This document shows, piece by piece, positions 1 to 9,226 of a stretch of DNA of 64,000 nt. Below the pieces are notes generated by a model that was given only the letters and a program-made list of their open reading frames with translations, made no database searches and had not been told where the DNA came from. The position numbers and the translations under genes are program-made. Every line of letters begins with the position of its first letter. Position 1 is the first letter of the stretch. This DNA is from an uncultured Holophagales bacterium (GTDB lineage Bacteria > Acidobacteriota > Thermoanaerobaculia > Multivoradales > UBA5704). The DNA lies in the NCBI GenBank assembly GCA_963842525.1, contig CAWJGT010000001.1:320001-384000 (forward strand), read 5' to 3'.

Positions 1-35
1 CGGCTCCGAACCTGAACCGACAAGGAGAGACAACC

Positions 36-452
36 ATGAGAGCACTGGTGATCGTCAAGGCGAACGAGGACTCCGAGGCGGGAGTCATGCCCACCGAGCA
101 GATGCTGACCGAGATGGGAAAGTTCAATGAAGAGCTGGTGAAAGCCGGCGTGATGCTCGCGGGTGAAGGGCTCCATCCGAGCTCGAAGGGCGTGCGCGTC
201 CGGTTCGAGGGAGACAAGAAGACGGTGATCGACGGGCCCTTCGCCGAGACCAAGGAGCTGATTGCCGGCTTCTGGATCTGGCAGATGAAGTCGATGGACG
301 AGGCGGTCGACTGGCTCAAGCGCAGCCCCTTCCAGGACACCGAGGTCGAGATCCGCCCGATCTTCGAGGCGGAGGACTTCGGCGCCGAATTCACTCCCGA
401 GCTCCGCGAGCAGGAAGAGCGCCTGCGTGCCGAGATCGACGCGAAGAAGTAA
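36..452 (+). CDS. YciI/DGPF family protein
   Basis: Motif VIDGPFAETKELIAGFW; RBS AAGGAG upstream; adjacent to an ECF42-type sigma remnant. Confidence 0.9.
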   Translation: MRALVIVKANEDSEAGVMPTEQMLTEMGKFNEELVKAGVMLAGEGLHPSSKGVRVRFEGDKKTVIDGPFAETKELIAGFWIWQMKSMDEAVDWLKRSPFQDTEVEIRPIFEAEDFGAEFTPELREQEERLRAEIDAKK

Positions 453-513
453 TCACGTCCTGGAATGCCGCGGGACTTGCATTGACGCCCCAAAGGTGGT
501 GTGATCGGTCGCC

Positions 514-846
514 ATGACGGCGACCGACACCCATCGCACGATCGATGCAGTGTGGAGGATCGAGTCGGCCAGGCTCATCGCCGGTCTCACGAGGATCGTG
601 CGCGATGTCGGCTTGGCCGAGGAGCTCGCGCAGGACGCGCTCGTCCTGACCGCCGAGCCGGCGCTCGCCGGCTACCATTTCCTGCCCAGCGTGCGCGGCG
701 ACCTCCTCGCCAAGCTTGGGCGCCTCGACGAAGCCAGGGAGGAGCTGGAGCGTGCCGCCGCGCTGACGAGAAACGTACGCGAGCGCGATCTGCTTCTCCG
801 CCGCGCCGCCGCGTGCGCGCGCGGACCGGAGGAACCGCAGGCGTGA
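514..846 (+). pseudogene. Internally deleted ECF42-type (TPR/DUF6596) sigma factor
   Basis: Sigma N-terminus (VWRIESARLIAGLTRIVRDVGLAEELAQDAL) joined in frame to the typical C-terminus (LAGYHFLPSVRGDLLAKLGRLDEAREELERAAAL); only 110 aa, with the DNA-binding regions missing. Confidence 0.8.
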
Positions 847-847
847 C

Positions 848-1235
848 CAAGCGTATCCGCCGTGGATGCCCCTATCTGGCGTAGCGGCCCCTATCTGGCG
901 AAGATACCGGTATCCACCGCGACTTAAGCGTATCCACCGCGACATAAGCGTATCCACCGCGACATAAGCTTATCCGGCTCTGCTATGTCTTATCCACCGC
1001 AAGATAAGCTTATAGGCCGCGACATAAGCTTATCCGTCGTGTCTATCCTTATCGGCCGCGACTTAAGCTTATCCACCGCAAGATAAGCTTATCTGCCGCG
1101 CCTAAGGCTATCCACCGCGAGATAAGGATCTCCGCCGCGACTTAAGCTTATCCACGGCGTCTAAGGATATCCACCGCAAGATAAGCTTATCCACCGCGAC
1201 TTATCCTTATCCGCCGCAACTCAAGCCTATCCGGG
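848..1235. repeat. Degenerate 19-20 bp tandem array A, about 19 units
   Basis: Consensus TATCCACCGCGAC(A/T)TAAGCT; units start at 911, 931, 951, 971, 991, 1011 and so on. Confidence 0.95.
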
Positions 1236-1345
1236 ACGTTTTGTGCTAGTCTGCCGCGAGTCAGGCTATTCACCGCGACTTGGACGGCTTTGCGACGTCT
1301 AGGGCCGTCTGCCGCAACCTGGGGCTCGCACTGTTGGAGGACGGA

Positions 1346-1849
1346 ATGAGCGCGAAGCTATCGATTGAGGAAGTGCTGGCGAATCTGGAGCAGCGTGCAG
1401 TCTTCCACCGCGAGCAGGAGGCCTTTCACGCGCAGCAGGAGGCCCATCACCGGGAGCAGCGAGAGGGCCACGCGGCCGAGCTCGCGTCCGTGCTGCAAAG
1501 CCTGGAAGCCTTCCGGACGGCAGCGGCGGCGGCGGTGGGCCTCACCCGGCCGGTTGCGGCACCCCCCGTCCCGGCCACTGTCCAAGAGGAAGAGCTTCCG
1601 CCCCCGGGCCGTCTGCGGGTCAGCGAACTGATCCGGAGGATCGTCCGAAGCCCGGGCCTGCAAGAGCCTTTCGGTCCGAACGCCGTGGCCGAGGAGTTCA
1701 ACCGCCGCTACGCGCAGCGCCTGGGCCAGGGCATCGGCTCGCGAACCGCCTCGGACGTCCTGCGCCGGATGCGCGCCGAAGGCTGGGTCCGCTTGGCCCG
1801 CAAGGGGAAGGCAGTCCACGAGGCGCTGTATACCAGGGTACCGGGCTGA
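1346..1849 (+). CDS. Hypothetical protein: N-terminal coiled coil, Pro-rich linker, possible winged-helix C-terminus
   Basis: RBS GGAGG before ATG 1346; heptad-like HREQEAFHAQQEAHHREQ; C-terminal ASDVLRRMRAEGWVRLARKG resembles a wHTH (inference). Confidence 0.7.
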   Translation: MSAKLSIEEVLANLEQRAVFHREQEAFHAQQEAHHREQREGHAAELASVLQSLEAFRTAAAAAVGLTRPVAAPPVPATVQEEELPPPGRLRVSELIRRIVRSPGLQEPFGPNAVAEEFNRRYAQRLGQGIGSRTASDVLRRMRAEGWVRLARKGKAVHEALYTRVPG

Positions 1850-1962
1850 CCCAGGGAGTGAGCCCGGCTCCGCCGGCTTTTCCTGGGACCATGGGCGTTG
1901 CGCTCATGCCGCTTCTCTACTGCGAGCGGGCCGGTCTACAATGTTCCCGAGGAAAACCAGCC

Positions 1963-2172
1963 ATGAACGAGCTGATCTTTGTCGTAGAGGAGGCGCCTGA
2001 GGGTGGCTATACCGCCCGCGCTCTTGGCGAGTCGATTTTCACGGAAGCGGACGACCTTGCACAGCTTCAGCACCAGGTGCGCGACGCCGTTCTCTGCCAT
2101 TTCGACGAGGAGGAAGCGAGGCCGAAGCTGATCCGCCTCCACTTCGTGCGCGAGGAGCTCATCGCCGTATGA
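1963..2172 (+). CDS. HicB-like antitoxin
   Basis: ELIFVVEEAPEGGYTARALGESIFTEAD; ATGA overlap with hicA. Confidence 0.8.
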   Translation: MNELIFVVEEAPEGGYTARALGESIFTEADDLAQLQHQVRDAVLCHFDEEEARPKLIRLHFVREELIAV

Positions 2173-2426
2173 GGCTCCCTCGTGATGTCTCGGGCCAAGA
2201 CCTGGCTCAGGCGCTCGCCTCACTCGGCTATCGACCCACTCGCCAAACGGGCAGCCACCTGCGGCTCACCACAGAGCAGGCCGGACAGCACCACGTTACC
2301 ATCCCGCGCCACGATCCTCTTCGGGTCGGAACTCTCGCCACGATTCTGCAGGATGTGGCCCAACATTTCGGCTGGACACGCCAGCAGGTCCAAGAGAGGA
2401 TCTTCGGCAAGACGCGGGCAGATTGA
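2169..2426 (+). CDS. hicA: HicA family toxin
   Basis: RQTGSH motif; HVTIPRHDPLRVGTL. Confidence 0.9.
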   Translation: MRLPRDVSGQDLAQALASLGYRPTRQTGSHLRLTTEQAGQHHVTIPRHDPLRVGTLATILQDVAQHFGWTRQQVQERIFGKTRAD

Positions 2427-2499
2427 CCTTGGCGGCGTCACTGCGGGTGATGCCCAGAAGCTCCGCGGCGCGCGATTGGGAGTAGGTGCCAGAGGATTC

Positions 2500-2760
2500 T
2501 GGAGAGCAGGAGGTCTATCATCGAGGGCAGCGAGCGGCCCACGCGGCCGAGCACGAGACCGTGCTGCGGAGCCTTGAAGCCTTCAGGACGGTCGCCGCGA
2601 CGGCGGTAGATCTCGCCCGGGTGGTCCCAGCGAGCACCGTGCCGGCCGCTGTCGAAGAGGAGGAGTTTGCGTCCCCCCGGGCGGCTGATGGTCTTGCCTG
2701 ATCCAGCGAGTCGTCGAGAGCCCGGGCTTGGAGGAACCCTTCGGTCCAGCCGCCGCCGGA
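2500..2760 (+). pseudogene. Decayed paralogue of the 1346-1849 gene
   Basis: HAAEHETVLRSLEAFRTVAATAV versus HAAELASVLQSLEAFRTAAAAAV; EPFGP motif retained; truncated and frameshifted. Confidence 0.75.
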
Positions 2761-2828
2761 TTGGAAAGCCGAAAGCAGCTCCCGAAGCAAACTATCGCGG
2801 TGCTTGAAGATGAGGCAGGGTCGCTACG

Positions 2829-3821
2829 ATGCGAGAAATGGTGCTCACGGCTGGTGGAATACCGGTTAGGTTACTCAGCGACACCTTTGATCCTGTTGCG
2901 CGAAAAACGAACACAGTGATAGGTGTTCCCCGCAACGCATTTCCATGGAATTGGACTGCTCGAGCATACATTCTCGAAGAGAACCAATTTACCGGGCCAT
3001 TGTGGCCGTGTCCCAACGAAGACTCGGACTTACTTGAATCACTTCCTGTAAAGGCCGGTTCAGAAACTGAGACGTTCCGAGATTTCGTTGCCGCCCATCA
3101 AGATGCAATGGTCTTTCTTGAGCCAGCCCTACCAGCGGGTCACTACTATCCACGCATCTGGCGCGGAGGATACCTTCATTCTGAGCAGAACATCTGTACC
3201 TATCCCACGATCGAGGAGACTCCGCACTTCGCTTCATTTGTCAGTGGCATCCGTCGATACGAAGGCCTATGTCAAAGATTGATCGAGCTTTTTCGTGTAG
3301 TTCATCCAAGTTCCGACAACATCGCTGCGTATGGCGATGAATTGCGCAGTATTCTACTCTTGGCTTGCACGGAAGTAGAAAACCAGTGGCGGTCCGTGCT
3401 GAATGCCAACTCATATTCGAAGAAGCGGATGGCGACCAAAGATTATGTCAAGTTGCTCGATGTATTGCGTCTTTACAGGTACCGGATTTCACTAGCTCGT
3501 TATCCCAATTACGCGGCAGTTAAGCCATTTGGCGATTGGGACATCAACTCCCCAACGGCGTCCCTGTCTTGGTATGACGCTTACAATTCAGTGAAGCACG
3601 ATTCCGAGAACAATCTTAATCGCGCAAGACTGGACGTAGCGATCGATGCCGTTGGCGCCATTCTGGTGATGTTGGTTGCCCAATTTGGGCCTTTCGACGT
3701 CCGCGAGTACTTGCAAGATCGAACTTTTACGATCGACGATTTCCCCCGATGGACTCCCGATGCATGGTATTATAGGCCGCGTCCGCGGTGCCTTTGGAAG
3801 GAATGTAGCTATTCGTTTTGA
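2829..3821 (+). CDS. Lower-GC hypothetical protein, possibly HEPN-like
   Basis: 330-aa ORF with LLLACTEVE and SWYDAYNSVKHD motifs; visibly more AT-rich than its flanks. Confidence 0.7.
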   Translation: MREMVLTAGGIPVRLLSDTFDPVARKTNTVIGVPRNAFPWNWTARAYILEENQFTGPLWPCPNEDSDLLESLPVKAGSETETFRDFVAAHQDAMVFLEPALPAGHYYPRIWRGGYLHSEQNICTYPTIEETPHFASFVSGIRRYEGLCQRLIELFRVVHPSSDNIAAYGDELRSILLLACTEVENQWRSVLNANSYSKKRMATKDYVKLLDVLRLYRYRISLARYPNYAAVKPFGDWDINSPTASLSWYDAYNSVKHDSENNLNRARLDVAIDAVGAILVMLVAQFGPFDVREYLQDRTFTIDDFPRWTPDAWYYRPRPRCLWKECSYSF

Positions 3822-4014
3822 CCTGGAAGGTAAGCCTTGGCAGAGATGCGGGCGTCTATTCTGGGAACGTCAACGACTGGGTGACCGTCGAACTGATGTA
3901 GCGCTTTTGCAGCGGGCTCCTGGCGGAGAGTCTCTCTGCCGCCGCGGCGTTACGGGCGGCCCAGGACGGGATCCAGCAGAAGGTGTCTACTCTATGGACA
4001 AAGTCATCAGGCGT

Positions 4015-5427
4015 TTATTCTACGGGAGTAGGAGTCTCTTTCTCTGCCTGTATTTCCGAGCCGTACTGGGGCAGAAGCACCAAGCGGACAACATGACCGC
4101 TCCGATCCCGTTCAAACCGGAGTCGGGCGAAGGAGTTTGCGAAAAAAAATTCGTCGCCGCCTTTGGCAAAGATTTCAAGTGGGGCGGCGCCCTCCTTGTT
4201 CATATAGTAAAGCCGGTCACCTTCCAGAGTAATGCGCCAGATAGTCCCTGGACTTGTACGGTAGGAGCCTGTGTATTTTATGGCGTCACTAACCTGCATC
4301 GACATAGCGGTCGGGTCATAGGGTTTACCCAGGAGATAAGTCGCAATCTTTGGCGCCAAGAAGTCCGGGTCTGGTTTATGGTCCAACGCATTGCTCAGCA
4401 TGATGACAAGGATGCGCGCATCGGGAACGCGAAGGATGTGAGCCTGAAAACCACTAATTCGACCACCGTGTTCCACAAATTGGTGCCCTTCATAATTAGA
4501 AATAGCCCAAGCGTAGCCATAGAAGGTTGAACTCCCACCACTGAGGCGGTAGGGAGTGAAGGCACGCTCTAGCAGTTCGTGTCGGACGAGTCTGTTGTCG
4601 TCCAATGAGGCGCTCCAGAGCGCCAAGTCATCAACATTGGACAGAAGGGCTCCGGCCGCATAGGAGACCCGAGGACTCAAGTAGGGCGCGCGCCAAAATC
4701 CAACCTTTCCGTCTACTACGTAGCCCGAAGCGCGCTGAGGAACTAGAAGGCCCGGCTCGTCGCAGATGGAATGCTTCATGCCTAGGGGTTGAAAGATCTG
4801 CTCTTGAATCACCTCCGAGTAACTCTTTCCGTGAAGCTTCTCAAGGAGGAGGCCTAGAAGGAAGTATCCCGAGTCGCTGTAGGACCATTCCTCGCCAGGA
4901 TTGGAATCGAGAGGCGCTTCAACGATGCGCTTCAAGATTTGCTTAGAATTGATGTCTAGCCGATTCCAGCGCTCGTAGTCAGCAAGCGAGGTGTAGCTCT
5001 TGAGCCCCGAGGTATGTGTCAGGAGGTGCTCGACGTTGACTGAGCGAAGGTAAGCTGGAAACTCCGGGAAGAAACGGGTGATCGGGTCATCTAGTGAGAT
5101 CTTACCCGCTTGCACGAGGCGAAGAATGGCTACTGCGGTGAACTGCTTGCTAATTGAGCCGAGGGCGAAGACTGTTGTCGAATCAATCGGAATCCCCCAT
5201 TCGACGTTAGCCAATCCGTACCCCTTACGAAGAACAATCTCATCCCCTCGCCGAACCAACACCGCAACGCCTGGCTGGTTAGGGGGGTACGCCTCTGACA
5301 CGAGGCGGTCTAGCCGCTGGCTCAGAGTAGGAGGGACCGACTTAGCCGAGAGCGGAAGCCTAAGGAGTAGGACACAGAAGACCGCTAGTACCCAGAGACG
5401 CCGCCGTTGGAATGACGGGCCAATCAT
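4015..5427 (-). CDS. Serine hydrolase (beta-lactamase class C family) with C-terminal extension
   Basis: Signal peptide; FALGSISKQFT (SxxK), LLTHTSG, YSD, HGG motifs. Confidence 0.9.
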   Translation of the reverse strand: MIGPSFQRRRLWVLAVFCVLLLRLPLSAKSVPPTLSQRLDRLVSEAYPPNQPGVAVLVRRGDEIVLRKGYGLANVEWGIPIDSTTVFALGSISKQFTAVAILRLVQAGKISLDDPITRFFPEFPAYLRSVNVEHLLTHTSGLKSYTSLADYERWNRLDINSKQILKRIVEAPLDSNPGEEWSYSDSGYFLLGLLLEKLHGKSYSEVIQEQIFQPLGMKHSICDEPGLLVPQRASGYVVDGKVGFWRAPYLSPRVSYAAGALLSNVDDLALWSASLDDNRLVRHELLERAFTPYRLSGGSSTFYGYAWAISNYEGHQFVEHGGRISGFQAHILRVPDARILVIMLSNALDHKPDPDFLAPKIATYLLGKPYDPTAMSMQVSDAIKYTGSYRTSPGTIWRITLEGDRLYYMNKEGAAPLEIFAKGGDEFFFANSFARLRFERDRSGHVVRLVLLPQYGSEIQAEKETPTPVE

Positions 5428-6041
5428 CTCGGATCCTGGGGGAAACTCCAATAGCCGGGCTTGGGTGCAGGTTGGAGGATCGGATCGTCGTCACCGCCTC
5501 CACCGCCGCCCGATAGACGCGGATCTCTATTGTACGCCGAAAGGACCTCACTTGCTCGTTTTGAAAGCTCTGGGTCCACTTCAAGCCGTTCCAGCGCTTC
5601 CTGATAATGGGCAAGCAGGACTGGATCTGGATCCTTGATTAAGCGGAGCGACGCAAGGGTCTCAAGTTCCATCTCTTGCTCGAGACGGGATAGTTTTATG
5701 TCCTCAGACAGCATAATAATATTAATCTGCTGATCTCTCTGACCAAATAGAGAAGATAGATATGGTACCTTGAGGGTGTGGAAGCCTAGCAAGAAAAAGG
5801 TCAACACAAACGACCCCGGAGGGTTATCCAGTGATAGGCTATAGGCACCGTCACTTGCGGTATAGACGTGCTTCGAGCCAATCTGCGAGGGGAAAATTAT
5901 CTGGACTTCGACATTGGAAAGAGGGGTAAGGTCACTTCTGAAGACAAATCCTCGAATGGCGACTTTCCGCGGACCAGCGAAAGCGGGTTCTGCAACAATC
6001 ATGAAAATCATGCAGAGGACTAACCATATTGTGCGCGTCAT
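5424..6041 (-). CDS. Secreted protein with carboxypeptidase-regulatory-like domain
   Basis: Signal peptide ending AFA; IRGFV...VYTASDGAYSL pattern; ATGA overlap with the downstream gene. Confidence 0.65.
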   Translation of the reverse strand: MTRTIWLVLCMIFMIVAEPAFAGPRKVAIRGFVFRSDLTPLSNVEVQIIFPSQIGSKHVYTASDGAYSLSLDNPPGSFVLTFFLLGFHTLKVPYLSSLFGQRDQQINIIMLSEDIKLSRLEQEMELETLASLRLIKDPDPVLLAHYQEALERLEVDPELSKRASEVLSAYNRDPRLSGGGGGGDDDPILQPAPKPGYWSFPQDPR

Positions 6042-6042
6042 A

Positions 6043-6594
6043 TCAAAAATTCTCCACTATCAGATCATTGAGATGAAGCGGACGACTTGGATCGGACTGG
6101 CCCGACATCTGCACAAGAATGAGAAGACGCCCTTCCCTCTTGAGATCAGGGACTCGAACCTCGAGGTAAGCTCTATCTTTAGTAGGTAGGGCCTTAGCGG
6201 AAGAGAAATAGCCGTCCTCTGTAACTATAAACGCAAGCCCCTTCTCGATGATCATCTGGTTCGGGGCTGGGACCCGTCCCACAAAGCCCTTGCCGGATGA
6301 AATTAAATCCTTAGTTGCCGCTGTGACCACTAACGATTCCTGGGCGCCCTGAAGCCCCTGACCTAGAATCGTCAGCCAGCTTCTACTCCCCTCATCCCGC
6401 AGTTTGGGGTGCCTTGGCTCATCAAACGGGTAGGTTGCTTTGCGGTCTACATTCGCTGACGTAGACGTCGACGCTTTGTCCTCGGCGCTTTGATTTTTGT
6501 AGATTACCGCAACGACAAGCGGAGTTATCAGCCCGACGATGATTGGGATGATTACCTTCTCCGTCCACCAAGGCTTCTTATTCGGCTTCTGCAT
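6043..6594 (-). CDS. Membrane-anchored hypothetical protein
   Basis: Single N-terminal TM (VIIPIIVGLITPLVVAVIY); stop abuts the next start. Confidence 0.6.
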   Translation of the reverse strand: MQKPNKKPWWTEKVIIPIIVGLITPLVVAVIYKNQSAEDKASTSTSANVDRKATYPFDEPRHPKLRDEGSRSWLTILGQGLQGAQESLVVTAATKDLISSGKGFVGRVPAPNQMIIEKGLAFIVTEDGYFSSAKALPTKDRAYLEVRVPDLKREGRLLILVQMSGQSDPSRPLHLNDLIVENF

Positions 6595-6793
6595 AAAACC
6601 TTCCGGTCTTAGGGATTGCATTGAGAACTCTCTATATTGTAGTTCTAAGGGCGGACGAAGTCAAGGGCGCTTGAAGGCGGCCAAGCGGTACGCGCCTACG
6701 CCTTGGAAGAGGCTCGTAGTGTGATCCAGGCGGGAGAGGTGCCAGGCGTTTATTCTGGGGGGCTGATGCGGGGAATGATTCCAGGCCGTAGGA

Positions 6794-6884
6794 TTTCCTG
6801 GGGCCGTGGGCGTCGATTCCACATGCCAGTGCATGCCGCTTCTCTACGGCGAGCGGGTCGGAACTCTCGCCTCGATTCTGCAGG
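6794..6884 (+). pseudogene. Collapsed remnant of the hicBA module
   Basis: 6832-6857 matches 1905-1930 (upstream region) and 6854-6884 matches 2322-2352 (inside hicA). Confidence 0.75.
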
Positions 6885-6899
6885 CCGCAAGCGTCCGAC

Positions 6900-7238
6900 T
6901 CAGAGGTGGAGCACCAAGCGAAGCCCGGCGTCTAGGCTGGCAAGGCTCTCCGCCGAAAGGGCACCAGCGCGTTCGAGGAAGTCGGCCCGAAGAGCCTTCT
7001 GCACGTCATAGACGTTGGCCACCGAGGCCTTCGGCAATCCCGTCGCTTGCCGGGAGAGCTGAACATTGCCCGGCAGGTCCGCCAAGTGGAGACGGCTGGT
7101 CAGAGGCACGACGAGAAACGAGCGGACCCGAGGCTCTCGCACGGCATTGCTCTGGACGACGACGGCCGGCCTGCGCTTATCCACCCGCACCCACCAGACT
7201 TCGCCCCGGCCTGGCAGGGGTTCACCAGTCGTCGTCAC
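6900..7238 (-). CDS. mazF: MazF/PemK family toxin
   Basis: RGEVWWV..KRRPAVVVQSN..VVPLTS; probable GTG start at 7238. Confidence 0.9.
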   Translation of the reverse strand: MTTTGEPLPGRGEVWWVRVDKRRPAVVVQSNAVREPRVRSFLVVPLTSRLHLADLPGNVQLSRQATGLPKASVANVYDVQKALRADFLERAGALSAESLASLDAGLRLVLHL

Positions 7239-7458
7239 GGTACTCCTCGGCCATCCGAGCTTGCTGGTATTGCCGCCAGTTCCCCTCGTCGCCGGCAACA
7301 TCCCAACCGTGTTGGTCAATGTACCGCCGGACCTGCGCCTGTATCTGCTCCGCCTCGAGCAGCCGGGCCAGCAAACCGGACCGGGTGGTGCCGCGACGCT
7401 GCGCTTCTTCGTCGGCAAAGGCAAGGAGGTGTGCGGGCAGGGAGACTCCGATCTTCAT
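7222..7458 (-). CDS. Ribbon-helix-helix antitoxin
   Basis: KIGVSLPAHLLAFADEEAQRRGTTRSGLL; overlaps mazF. Confidence 0.8.
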   Translation of the reverse strand: MKIGVSLPAHLLAFADEEAQRRGTTRSGLLARLLEAEQIQAQVRRYIDQHGWDVAGDEGNWRQYQQARMAEEYRDDDW

Positions 7459-7598
7459 CGGCGGTATGGTATCACAGGCGGAGATACCGCGGTATCTCCT
7501 TCCTTTCTGCCACTTCCTGCCGAGCCGTGCGGTGGCTTCAGCGCGTGCCGAGCCGGATGCCTGGACTGGTGCCAGCGCTGTGCTAGGCTTTGGAGCCT

Positions 7599-8177
7599 AT
7601 GGGAAAGAGCCGCCTCGAGGCATTCAGCGATGGCGTGATCGCCATCATCATCACGATCATGGTGTTGGAGATGAAGGTGCCTCACGGCAGCGGGTTCGGG
7701 ACCCTGGTGCCCCTGATCCCGGTGTTCCTCAGCTATGTGCTGAGCTTCGTCTACCTGGGGATCTATTGGAACAATCACCATCACATGCTGCATACATGTC
7801 ACAAAGTGACGGGGCCGATGCTTTGGGCCAACCTGCATCTCCTGTTCTGGCTGTCGCTGGTTCCCTTCGCCACGGGTTGGATGGGGGAGAATCATTTTGC
7901 CCCGGCGCCGACGGCACTGTACGGCGTGGTCATGCTCATGGCCGCAATCGCCTACTTCATCCTGCAGCAGCTCATCATTGCATCACAAGGGCCAGACTCA
8001 CTTCTGAAGAAAGCTGTCGGAGGTGATTGGAAAGGCAAGTTGTCGCCGGTGCTGTACATGCTCGCCATCGCCACGGCGTTCTGGTCGCGTTGGTTCTCCC
8101 TGGGACTCTACGTCCTGGTGGCGCTGATCTGGCTCGTGCCAGACCGACGCATCGAGAAGGCGCTCTCTCTCAGTTAG
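7599..8177 (+). CDS. TMEM175 family K+ channel (DUF1211)
   Basis: RLEAFSDGVIAIIITIMVLE; YWNNHH. Confidence 0.92.
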   Translation: MGKSRLEAFSDGVIAIIITIMVLEMKVPHGSGFGTLVPLIPVFLSYVLSFVYLGIYWNNHHHMLHTCHKVTGPMLWANLHLLFWLSLVPFATGWMGENHFAPAPTALYGVVMLMAAIAYFILQQLIIASQGPDSLLKKAVGGDWKGKLSPVLYMLAIATAFWSRWFSLGLYVLVALIWLVPDRRIEKALSLS

Positions 8178-8327
8178 GTTAGACATGACCACGGCCGCTC
8201 ACGGGCCTCAAGCGCAGCCGGCGGCATAGAGCTCTCCTGTAACGGCCGCCCCTCCTGAAGAGCCAAAGTGTGCACGGCCGGTCCCGCCGGGGCCGGCCGA
8301 CAAACTCAAACACTGAGGAGATATGAC

Positions 8328-8723
8328 ATGGCATACCACGGCTCGAAAGCACGGCTCTTCATCCTGGGGACGGCCGCCGTCCTGGCGTTTTTCGCTCTCA
8401 ACGTCCACGCCGATCCCATTCAGGACGGAGCCCTCGCGCCCTACCGCGCCGGCTGGTTTGCGAACGCCGGCCCTCGGGGTCCTCTGACCTGTTCCGAGAC
8501 CTGCAAGGCAAAAGCGCCGGGCACCCTTGCCGAGTACGAGGCGAGCCCGGTGTCGCCGACCAAGCGGGCTTTTGTGTGCCGTGTGGCGGGGAAGCCCCAG
8601 GGCAGCATCGACACCTGGCTCTACGGCAGCCAGTTCGACGACCGCGCCGCCTGCTACACGACCGGTCTCGACCTCAAGGGCTCGTACGCGGAGAAGTACC
8701 TCTGCCTCTGCGTCGCCAAGTAG
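8328..8723 (+). CDS. Secreted six-cysteine protein
   Basis: RBS GAGGAG; signal peptide ending VHA; CSETC...FVCR...ACY...YLCLC. Confidence 0.75.
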   Translation: MAYHGSKARLFILGTAAVLAFFALNVHADPIQDGALAPYRAGWFANAGPRGPLTCSETCKAKAPGTLAEYEASPVSPTKRAFVCRVAGKPQGSIDTWLYGSQFDDRAACYTTGLDLKGSYAEKYLCLCVAK

Positions 8724-8732
8724 GTGGAGAGG

Positions 8733-8828
8733 GGGGTGCCTGACGCCTGGCACCCCTGCTGCTTAGGTCTCGAAGACGCGCTCGAAATACCTGCCTTCTG
8801 CCGCTTCTGCCTCTTCCTCGTCGATGCC
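8733..8828. repeat. Direct repeat copy 1 (3' end of the abfD-like gene plus hairpin)
   Basis: 96 bp; about 12 mismatches to 10946-11041 by manual alignment. Confidence 0.9.
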
Positions 8829-8897
8829 TGGAAATTCTCCGGACGGGTCCGTCCAAGGGGATGTACGCCTTGCGAGGCTCGAAAAGGAGATCAACCC

Positions 8898-9215
8898 ATG
8901 GCCTGTGGCAGCATCCATGAAGCACAAGGAGGACAGAGCTTCACCATCAAAGTCAAGGACGGGCCGAAGACGGTCAAAGGCCTCCTCACCTTTGCCGGCG
9001 GCAACGCCACCCCGGGGACCAGAGTGCTCACCGACGGAGTGTTGCGGAATGGGCATACGGAACCGGTCGTGGCAGGGCTCTCCTACCATCTGACTCTCCG
9101 GCGGGAACCTGTCGCCGGGGCCACCACCGTCGAATTCACGGCACCGAGCGGCCAGGTCATGCCGCCCTGCACAAGTGAGGGGCCGATCGTCGGCATTTGG
9201 ATCGTTTTCGCCTGA
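8898..9215 (+). CDS. Small hypothetical protein
   Basis: RBS AAGGAG before ATG 8898; beta-rich appearance; 11 bp before the next gene. Confidence 0.6.
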   Translation: MACGSIHEAQGGQSFTIKVKDGPKTVKGLLTFAGGNATPGTRVLTDGVLRNGHTEPVVAGLSYHLTLRREPVAGATTVEFTAPSGQVMPPCTSEGPIVGIWIVFA

Positions 9216-9226
9216 GGTACCCGCTC

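Noticed and set aside
848-1235. Arrays A and B as CRISPR arrays
   Set aside because: The period is only 20 bp, there are no unique spacers of CRISPR length, and no cas genes are in the window.
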